This document shows positions 36,973 through 44,227 of a stretch of DNA of 64,000 nt, piece by piece. A program made the position numbers and the translations under genes. Where the stretch lies: NCBI GenBank assembly GCA_965279255.1, contig OZ257146.1, positions 2,091,219-2,155,218 on the forward strand. Direction: 5' to 3'. Every line of letters begins with the position of its first letter. Positions within the stretch are counted from its first letter, which is position 1. The notes beneath the pieces were generated by a model. It was not told where the DNA came from. It worked only from the letters and a program-made list of their open reading frames with translations, and ran no database searches. The stretch is from Acidimicrobiales bacterium. GTDB lineage: Bacteria; Actinomycetota; Acidimicrobiia; Acidimicrobiales; Acidimicrobilacustridaceae.

Positions 36973-38982
36973 TCAGGCGTAGACGGCGGCGAGGCTGACG
37001 ACCGCAGCCCGCTCGATGCCCTGCTCCACGGCCCAGGCGGCGACGAGGGCGTCGTCGGTGAGCAGCAGGATCTGGGCGGACTCCGACATGCGGGCGACAG
37101 CGGAGAGCAGCTCGCGGACGACCTCGTCGGGGAGCCCCCGGAAGGTGTCGACGAGCACCATCGGCACCGAGCCGGCGTAGGAGACCTCACGGATCGCCGA
37201 GAGGCGGGCCATCAGGTACAGCTCGATCGCCTCGGGGTCGACCTCGGACCACAGCTGGTCGGGGTCGTGGGCGGCGTCGGGTGCCTCGTGGTCGAGCACG
37301 GCCAGGCCGGCGGCACGGGCTCGGCGGCTGGCGGCCCGCTCGGCCAGGGTGGCGGCCTCGACGAGGGCCTGGCGACCTTCGAGGGCGTCGGCGAGGTCCT
37401 CCTCGGCGGCGCGGGCGGCGACCAGCTCGGCCTCGATCTCGGCGATGCGCTCGGTGGCCGGGCGGTCGACGGCGGCCTCGAGGTCTTCCCATGCCTTGGC
37501 CTCGGCCCGCGAACGGGCGTCGGCGAGCTGGGACTCGAGCCGGCGGCGCTCGGCGGTGAGCTCCTCGACCCGGGCGGGGACGCCGGCGAACTCCTCGAGC
37601 AGGGCGTGGGCGGTCACGAGGACCCGCTCCGGCTGCGAGGGATCGACCTGGAGGCCGAGGTTGTGGAGGGAGTGCGACAGGGTGGCGACGAGGTCGTCCT
37701 CGGTGGCCGAGTTGGCCGAGGCGGTGAGCGCCCGCAGGGCCGGCTCGAGGTCCTCGCGCTCGTCGGGGACGGTGGCCTGGGACTCGATGAGCAGCGCGAT
37801 CGCCTGGACCTCGGCGTCCTCGAGCTGGTCGAGCAGGGCGTGGTGGTCGGGGTCCTCGTCGAGGGCGGCGGAGATGTGCTCCCACGCCCGCTCCGCGGCG
37901 TCGAGCTCGGCCTCTGCCCGCTCGAGGCGGGCCTTGGCGTGCTCGTCGACCCCCATGAGGCTGGCGCCCATCACGTAGGCGCTCCAGGTCGGGAAGCCGA
38001 CCCGGTCGAGGATCTCCTGCTGCACGGCGAGGGCGGTGGCGAGCTTGCGCTGGCCGGAGCGGGAGCGGAAGCCCGAGGCCTTCTGCTCGGCCTCGAGGAC
38101 GACCTCGTGGGCCTGGCGCAGCTCCTCCTCGTCGTCGCTCGAGACGGGCGGGCGGGTGAGGGCGAGCTCGGCGGCGTGGGCCTCGATGCGGGCGGCGTCG
38201 AGGCGGGCGAGGGCGGTGACCGGGCCGCGGCCCTCGGCCTCCATGCGGGCCTCGAGGTCGCCGACCTCGCCGTGGAGGCGGACGATCTCGGCGGCCAGGG
38301 CCTGGGCGGCCGGATGGGGCACGTCCTGCTGGGGCTCGGGGTTCTCGATGGCGTCGAGCAGGACCCGGACCGGCTCGAGGTCCAGGGCGGTGAGCTCGGC
38401 GATGCCGGCGTCGAGGGCGGCCAGGTCGGCCTCGAGGTCGGCGACCTCGTCGACGTCGGACTCCACCTTGTCGTCTCCGAGGGAGGCGCTGGAGATGGCG
38501 TCGGTGAGGCGGCGGCGCTCCTCGGCGGCCTCGGTGAGGAGGCGGGCGGTGTCGTCGGACATCTCGCGCAGGACCCGGAGGGCCTCGCGGGTGTCGTGGA
38601 GGTGCCGGCGAGCAGCGTCGAGCTCGGGGTGCACCCCTTCAGGGGCGTTGCGGAGCAGGTCGTCGACGGGGTCCTCGGACGCCTCGACGGAGCTCTCGGA
38701 GCCGTCGCCGACGGCACCGGGGAGGTCGCCACGGCGCACGATCGGGTCGGCCTCGGTGCGCAGGTCGAGCAGCGCGATGTTGGCTTCGTCCAACGGCAAC
38801 ATCACGCCGTGGGCCTCGGCCATCCCCGCGCACGGGGGCTCGGCACCGGCGGCGATGGCCGCCACGGTACGGACCAGACGATCACGAGCACGATCATCGA
38901 GACCCTGGACCACCGACAGCAACGGGTGGAGATCGAGGGCCGCGTGCTCACCGGATTCGAGGGAGAGCTGGAGCAGCCGCAT
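36973..38982 (-). CDS. SMC/RecF-like coiled-coil protein with degenerate ATPase motifs
   Basis: ORF 36973..39054 trimmed to ATG 38982. At the N-terminus, MRLLQLSLESGEHAALDLHPLLSVVQGLDDRARD stands where SMC-like proteins carry GxNxxGKS. About 500 aa of E/A/R/L-rich coiled coil follow. At the C-terminus, VPMVLVDTFRGLP...AQILLLTDD stands where Walker B hhhhDE and the D-loop normally sit. Confidence 0.6.
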   Translation of the reverse strand: MRLLQLSLESGEHAALDLHPLLSVVQGLDDRARDRLVRTVAAIAAGAEPPCAGMAEAHGVMLPLDEANIALLDLRTEADPIVRRGDLPGAVGDGSESSVEASEDPVDDLLRNAPEGVHPELDAARRHLHDTREALRVLREMSDDTARLLTEAAEERRRLTDAISSASLGDDKVESDVDEVADLEADLAALDAGIAELTALDLEPVRVLLDAIENPEPQQDVPHPAAQALAAEIVRLHGEVGDLEARMEAEGRGPVTALARLDAARIEAHAAELALTRPPVSSDDEEELRQAHEVVLEAEQKASGFRSRSGQRKLATALAVQQEILDRVGFPTWSAYVMGASLMGVDEHAKARLERAEAELDAAERAWEHISAALDEDPDHHALLDQLEDAEVQAIALLIESQATVPDEREDLEPALRALTASANSATEDDLVATLSHSLHNLGLQVDPSQPERVLVTAHALLEEFAGVPARVEELTAERRRLESQLADARSRAEAKAWEDLEAAVDRPATERIAEIEAELVAARAAEEDLADALEGRQALVEAATLAERAASRRARAAGLAVLDHEAPDAAHDPDQLWSEVDPEAIELYLMARLSAIREVSYAGSVPMVLVDTFRGLPDEVVRELLSAVARMSESAQILLLTDDALVAAWAVEQGIERAAVVSLAAVYA

Positions 38983-39072
38983 GGGTTCTTCTCGGCTCCC
39001 GGAAGGCCCGGGTTGAGCGAAAACTGGGCCGTCGGGACCAGGGTCCTCACCCATTCGGGGGAGGAAGGGCCC

Positions 39073-39426
39073 TCAACCGACCGGTATGGGCTGCACCGAT
39101 CCGTCGTCGCCGTCGTCTCCGTCGTCGCCGCCGGCCCCCGTGCCGGTCGCCGACGACGCCGCTCGGGCCGCCCGCCGACCGGCCGCTCCGGCCACCTTGG
39201 CGGCCTCCCTGGCCGTCTCCGAGACGACCGCGACCACCTTCTCCACCGCCTCGGGGTCGTCGACGACCGCCTCGGCGGCGTCGAGGAACGCCCGGGCCGC
39301 CGAGATCAGCTGGCGGGCGGCCGCCTGGAGCGGTTCGAGGCCGTCGGCCGCGGGATCGCCGTCGGTGGCGAACCGGTCGTCGGCGGACGGATCGGCGCCG
39401 TCGATCGGGTCGTCGTCGGTGCTCAC
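39073..39426 (-). CDS. Small acidic hypothetical protein
   Basis: Tail of ORF 39073..40512. GTG 39426 forms a GTGA overlap with the ArsA-like stop. 117 aa, Asp-rich at both ends. Strong G/C third-position bias. Confidence 0.5.
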   Translation of the reverse strand: MSTDDDPIDGADPSADDRFATDGDPAADGLEPLQAAARQLISAARAFLDAAEAVVDDPEAVEKVVAVVSETAREAAKVAGAAGRRAARAASSATGTGAGGDDGDDGDDGSVQPIPVG

Positions 39427-40583
39427 GAGAACTCCACCACCAGCTCGCCGTCCTCGAGCCGGGCGTCGGTGACCTTCCGGGTGCGCAGCGAGTCGGGCAG
39501 CACGATCGAGCGCCGGTAGGGCCCCACGCTGATGATGAGCTCGTCGTCGCGGCGGGCGAGGGACAGCTCGTCCTTGGTGCCGAACGGGAGGGCCTGGATC
39601 AGCCGCCGCGAGCCGTCGTGGCTCTCGACCCGCAACGGGTGGCCCTCGTGCAGCACCGCCGTGGGGTCGAGGTCGCCGTAGAGGGCCTCGGCGAAGCCGG
39701 CCAGGGCCGCGCAGCCGATGGGCTCGGACGGCTGGAGCTCGGAACGCAGGATCGGGACGGGTGCGAAGCCCTCGGCGATGGCCGTGAGCTGCTCGGCGTG
39801 CGAGGCCTTCCAGAAGTCGAACCACGGGTCGTCGACGGCGTCGGGCAGCAGCCGGTTGGCCACCACCGCGTCGACGCCGTACCCGAACAGCGAGAGGTAG
39901 GTGTGGGTGCGGCGGGCCTCCGCGACCACCAACCGCTCGGGGGTGACCACGAGGCGGACGCTCGAGTGCTCGCCGTCGGCGAGCAGGGTGCGCACCGCCT
40001 CGAGCCGGTCGAAGACCTGCTGGCCGGCTGAGAAGACCGCGTCGCCGGCGACTGGCAGGTTGGTGACGCGCCCGAGCACCGGGGCCACGACCTTGTTCAG
40101 GCGGCGCCCGACGGGGAACAGGCGGTCGACGTACCAGCCGAGCACGTCGGGCAGCGACAGCAGCCGGAGCGTCTCGGCGGTGGGGGCGCAGTCGACGACG
40201 ATGACGTCCCAGTCGCCGCTGTCGGCGTGGTCGGCCAGGTCGGCCAGGGCGAACACCTCGTCGAGGCCGGGAACCACGGCGAGCTCCTCGGCCTCGATGC
40301 CCTCCACGCCGGCCCAGGCCAGCACGTCGAGCAGCCAGGCCCGGATGTCGCCCCACGACCGCTCGAGGCGCACACGCGTGTCGAGCTGCTGGCCCGACAG
40401 GTGCTCGCCGATGCGGGTCGGGGCGTCGCCGAGGGGCTGGTCGAAGGCGTCGGCCAGGCTGTGGGCGGGATCGGTGGAGACGATCAGGGTGCGGTGGCCC
40501 GCAGCGGCGCAACGGACCGCGGTGGCGGCGGCGACGGTGGTCTTGCCGACACCGCCCTTGCCGGTGAACAGCAGGACCCGCAC
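39423..40583 (-). CDS. ArsA/Get3-family ATPase with a C-terminal HSP20-like domain
   Basis: Deviant Walker A FTGKGGVGKTTVAAATA. Also STDPAHSLADAF and VVDCAPTAETLRLL. The C-terminal beta-rich part reads LSLARRDDELIISVGPYRRSIVLPDSL...ARLEDGELVVEF. Confidence 0.85.
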   Translation of the reverse strand: MRVLLFTGKGGVGKTTVAAATAVRCAAAGHRTLIVSTDPAHSLADAFDQPLGDAPTRIGEHLSGQQLDTRVRLERSWGDIRAWLLDVLAWAGVEGIEAEELAVVPGLDEVFALADLADHADSGDWDVIVVDCAPTAETLRLLSLPDVLGWYVDRLFPVGRRLNKVVAPVLGRVTNLPVAGDAVFSAGQQVFDRLEAVRTLLADGEHSSVRLVVTPERLVVAEARRTHTYLSLFGYGVDAVVANRLLPDAVDDPWFDFWKASHAEQLTAIAEGFAPVPILRSELQPSEPIGCAALAGFAEALYGDLDPTAVLHEGHPLRVESHDGSRRLIQALPFGTKDELSLARRDDELIISVGPYRRSIVLPDSLRTRKVTDARLEDGELVVEFS

Positions 40584-40590
40584 GCCGAGA

Positions 40591-41058
40591 TCAGTCGTCG
40601 TCGCTGGGGCGGGGCGAGCCCTCGACGCGGGCCTTCAGCTCCGACAGCGCCGTCTTGATGATGCGACCCTCGGCCCGGCGCTTCACGAAGCCCGGGATGG
40701 GGATCATCAGATCGACGGCGAGCTCGTACGCGACCTCGGTGGCGGCGGCGTCGTCGGCGGCGGGCTCGAGGACGTAGGCCCCGTCGAGCTCACGCTGCAG
40801 GTCGCCTGCCGCGAGCTCCCACTGGAGCCGGTTCGGGGCCCCCGTGTAGTCGTACTTGAGCTGGTAGGTGGTGCTGCGACCCATGGCGGCGGCCCGGAAC
40901 TCCACGACGACGGCCCGGCCGTCGGCGTCGGTCTCGACGACGTGGACCTCCTTGAGGTCGCCGGCCCACTCCGGGTAGGCCTCGAAGTCGACGAGGGTGG
41001 CGAAGCAGCGCTCCACCGGTGCGTCGATCCGGATCTGCTCTCTGGCCTGTTCGGACAT
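40591..41058 (-). CDS. SRPBCC (START/cyclase-dehydrase-like) protein
   Basis: IRIDAPVERCFATLVDFEAYPEWAGDLKEV... is a typical polyketide_cyc2-like start. 155 aa. Confidence 0.75.
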   Translation of the reverse strand: MSEQAREQIRIDAPVERCFATLVDFEAYPEWAGDLKEVHVVETDADGRAVVVEFRAAAMGRSTTYQLKYDYTGAPNRLQWELAAGDLQRELDGAYVLEPAADDAAATEVAYELAVDLMIPIPGFVKRRAEGRIIKTALSELKARVEGSPRPSDDD

Positions 41059-41102
41059 CGGTGCCTCCCGGCCACGGGCCCTCGCCCGCGCCGGGGGTGA
41101 CC

Positions 41103-41690
41103 CTACTCGGTGCGCCCGCGCCGGTTGGGCGAGCCGGCCGCCTTGTGGGCCCGCCGGTCGGCGTCGCGCAGCGCGGCCCTGGTGGGCTCGGGCTCACGCT
41201 CCGGGAAGGTGCCGTAGGCGGCGACCCAGAGGCCGGTGAAGCCGAGTGACCACATCGGGGCGAGGATGCCGAACGCCATCACCGAGTAGAGGCGGACGCT
41301 GCCCACGACGATGGCCACGACGGTCTGGACCACGAGGCTGCCGATGAGGGCCCGCTGCACCTTCGGGGGCGTGGAGCCGGCGGCGAAGAAGAGGCCGCCG
41401 ATGCCGATGGCCTCGGTGCGGCTGCGGTCGACCGCCCGCAGGAACGCGAGCACGAACACGATCGTTCCGACGAGGAACTCGACCAGAGAGACGACGAGGA
41501 ACGGCAGGCCGAACACGTCGGGCCACATCGCCCCGAGCACGCCGAGCACGCTGAACAGGGCGGTGCCGACGATGCTGGCCCGCACGATGCCGCCGCCGGG
41601 ATGACCGCCGTCGGGGACCTCGGGGGCCTCGGGGCCCTCGTCGAGGTCGTCGGAGGCGTCGTCGGGGAGCTGGTCGTCGGGCTCGCTCAC
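41103..41690 (-). CDS. Membrane protein (about 4 TM helices), acidic N-terminus
   Basis: Tail of ORF 41103..43787. GTG 41690 forms a GTGA overlap with the GT4 stop. Confidence 0.6.
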   Translation of the reverse strand: MSEPDDQLPDDASDDLDEGPEAPEVPDGGHPGGGIVRASIVGTALFSVLGVLGAMWPDVFGLPFLVVSLVEFLVGTIVFVLAFLRAVDRSRTEAIGIGGLFFAAGSTPPKVQRALIGSLVVQTVVAIVVGSVRLYSVMAFGILAPMWSLGFTGLWVAAYGTFPEREPEPTRAALRDADRRAHKAAGSPNRRGRTE

Positions 41691-42817
41691 GACGACATTC
41701 CTAGCCCGTCGAGCGCGTCCTGCAACCGTCGGGCCAGGACGTCGTAGTCGAACTCCTCGACCGCCCGGCGTCGGGCGGCCAATCCGAGGCGGGCCCGGAG
41801 GTCGCGGTCGGAGAGGATGCGGTCGATGGCGGCGGCCACCGCCACGACGTCCTTGGAGCCGTCGACGACGATGCCGGTGGCCCCGTCGAGGACGGCCTCG
41901 GCCGAGCCCCCGGAGCGCCCGGCGACGGCCGGCACGCCACACGCCGCCGCCTCCAGGAACACGATGCCGAAGCCCTCCTGCTCGAGGCCGCCCCACCGGT
42001 CGCGGCAGAGCATGGCGAAGCAGTCGGCCACACCGTGGGCCACCGGCAGGTCGGCCTCGGGCAGGCGCCCGAGGAACCGCACGGGGCTGCCGTGGTGGGC
42101 GGCCACCCGCTCCAGGCGCTTGCGGTCGCGACCGGCGCCGGCGATGGCGATCTGGAGGTCGGGGTGGCGCACGGCCAGCGCGGCGCCCGCCTCGATGAGC
42201 ACGTCGAAGCCCTTCCGGGGGACGAGCCGGCTCAGGCCGAGCACCACCGGCGCGTCGGGGTCGAGGCCGAGGCGACGGCGCTCGGCCCGGCGCTCGGGTT
42301 CGCTCAGCGGGTGGAAGCGCTCGGGGTCGACCCCCGGCGGCACCACGACCGTCGGCAGGTCTCGGCCCGCGGCCCGACGGGCCTCGGCGGCGGGGTAGCC
42401 GCCCGCGGCGACGACGAGCCGGGCGTCGCGCAGCACCCGGGCGAGCATCCGGCGGGTGCCGGGCGTGCGGCCGGGCACGGTGACCTCGGCGCCGTGGAGC
42501 ACCACCCCGTAGGGCCGCTCGAGGTGGGGGCCCAGCAGCCCCACCGGAAGGGCGGGGTCGAGCAGCACGATGTCGGCGTCGACCTCGGCCGCCAGCCGGT
42601 CGATGCGACGGCCGAGGGCGGCGGTGGGCAGCAGCCACCGGGCCCGGTCGCGCTCGACCCGCATCGGCTGGGCGGCGTCGAAGGCGCGGTCGCCCTTGTG
42701 GGGCGTGGTGAGCACCGTCGTGCGCTCGGGGTCGAGCCGCCGCCACAGCTCCCACAGGTACGACTGGATGCCACCGACCTTGGGTGGGAAGTCGTTGGTG
42801 ACGAGGAGGTGCTTCAC
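41687..42817 (-). CDS. GT4-family glycosyltransferase (PimB-like)
   Basis: Motifs: LLVTNDFPPKVGGIQSY, GLSRLVPRKGFD, and the EX7E region GLEQEGFGIVFLEAAACGVPAVAG. Confidence 0.85.
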   Translation of the reverse strand: MKHLLVTNDFPPKVGGIQSYLWELWRRLDPERTTVLTTPHKGDRAFDAAQPMRVERDRARWLLPTAALGRRIDRLAAEVDADIVLLDPALPVGLLGPHLERPYGVVLHGAEVTVPGRTPGTRRMLARVLRDARLVVAAGGYPAAEARRAAGRDLPTVVVPPGVDPERFHPLSEPERRAERRRLGLDPDAPVVLGLSRLVPRKGFDVLIEAGAALAVRHPDLQIAIAGAGRDRKRLERVAAHHGSPVRFLGRLPEADLPVAHGVADCFAMLCRDRWGGLEQEGFGIVFLEAAACGVPAVAGRSGGSAEAVLDGATGIVVDGSKDVVAVAAAIDRILSDRDLRARLGLAARRRAVEEFDYDVLARRLQDALDGLGMSS

Positions 42818-43896
42818 GCGCCGGGCCCTCGGATGGCGAGGCGGTCGAGGGCCCAGCGCGCGTGCTCGGCCAGCAGGTCGTCGTCGCCGGCCGCCAGGGC
42901 GGTGAGCCGGCGAACGACCTCGGGATCACCCGGGGTGGCCACGTTGCCGAGGGCGACCAGGGCGTTGCGGCGCAGGTACCGGGGGTCGCGCTTGGGCACG
43001 TACCAACGGCCGTGGCGGGCCATGAGCTCGTCGTCGGAGGCATCGAGCAGGTCGAGCAGGTCGACCCAGGCGGCGGTGGCCGGCACGCCCTCGGAGCCCT
43101 CGGGCCCGCGCCGGCTCGGCGGGCAGACCTCCTGGCAGTCGTCGCAGCCGTAGATGCGCCCGCCCAGAGCCACCCGGTGCTCGACGGGGAAGGTCCCGTG
43201 GGCCTGCACCATCCAGGCCAGGCAGCGCCGGGCGTCGACCACGCCGGGGGCCACGATGGCGCCGGTCGGGCAGCCGTCGAGGCAACGACGGCAGCTGCCG
43301 CAGCCATCGTCGACCGGGGTGTCGACCGGCAGGTCGGCATCGGTGACCACCGCACCCAGCACGACCCAGCTCCCGTGACCCGGCACAAGCACGTTGGCGT
43401 TCTTCCCCGACCACCCGAGCCCCGCGCGCACGGCGGCGGCCCGGTCGACCAGGGCGTTGTCGTCGGCGAACACGGCGGCGCGGTGGCCGGCGTCGCGCAG
43501 CACGTCGGCGATGGCGCCGAGGGCGAGGCGCAGGGCGGCATAGTGGTCGTCGGTGGCGTAGCGGGCGACCTGGCCGTGGGGCCGACCCTCGGCCGGCTCG
43601 GCGAGGTCGCCACCGGCGTAGGGGAACGCGCCGACGACCAGGGAGCGGGCGTCGCGCAGCAGGCGGGTGGGCTCGGTGGAGCGGGCCGGGTTCTTGTAGG
43701 TGAAGGACATCCCGGCGTCGAAGCCGGCCGCCTTGCGCTCGTCGAGGGCCCGGCGGGCCTCGGTGAAGGGCTCGACCCCGGTGACACCGACCGCGATCAG
43801 CCCGGCAGCCTCGCCCACGGCACGCAGGGCCGAGACCGGGACGGCCACCGCCACGGCGGCACCGGGCACGGGGTCGGCGTCGGGGGCGGCGGGCAC
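42814..43896 (-). CDS. queG: tRNA epoxyqueuosine(34) reductase (start uncertain)
   Basis: ORF 42814..43980. Motifs: FTYKNPARS, CGSCRRCLDGCPTGAI, YGCDDCQEVCPPS, and a HEAT-like C-terminus. GTG 43896 was chosen to clear the upstream small gene. Confidence 0.85.
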   Translation of the reverse strand: MPAAPDADPVPGAAVAVAVPVSALRAVGEAAGLIAVGVTGVEPFTEARRALDERKAAGFDAGMSFTYKNPARSTEPTRLLRDARSLVVGAFPYAGGDLAEPAEGRPHGQVARYATDDHYAALRLALGAIADVLRDAGHRAAVFADDNALVDRAAAVRAGLGWSGKNANVLVPGHGSWVVLGAVVTDADLPVDTPVDDGCGSCRRCLDGCPTGAIVAPGVVDARRCLAWMVQAHGTFPVEHRVALGGRIYGCDDCQEVCPPSRRGPEGSEGVPATAAWVDLLDLLDASDDELMARHGRWYVPKRDPRYLRRNALVALGNVATPGDPEVVRRLTALAAGDDDLLAEHARWALDRLAIRGPGA

Positions 43897-43912
43897 TCCC
43901 CCATCATGGCGC

Positions 43913-44113
43913 TCAGCCGGTGCGGCGGCGGTGGCGCAGCTCGGGGACCAGCCCCGAGTCGGACAGCAACCGCAGGGCACGGAACTCCTCGACGTCGACG
44001 ACGACGGCGTCGCCGGGCTCGCGGGAGCAGATGTAGGTCACGACGCAGTCGTCGCAGGCATCGGTGTGCTGCATCACGCACTGCTCGCAGTCGATGACGA
44101 GGGGAAGGGTCAT
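43913..44113 (-). CDS. Small Cys-rich protein (66 aa)
   Basis: Tail of ORF 43913..45589, starting at ATG 44113. The sequence is MTLPLVIDCEQCVMQHTDACDDCVVTYICSRE, with CxxC-x7-CxxC-x5-C spacing. Good codon bias. GGGGAG lies upstream. Confidence 0.5.
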   Translation of the reverse strand: MTLPLVIDCEQCVMQHTDACDDCVVTYICSREPGDAVVVDVEEFRALRLLSDSGLVPELRHRRRTG

Positions 44114-44227
44114 GGGGACAGTCTCCCCAGGGGGTGTGACAGCGCGATCGGGCGGCCACCCGCCGGGCCACCTGGCTACGCTTCGCCGGTAGTCGGACAG
44201 ACCGTTCGGACGACAGGGGGAAGTTCC

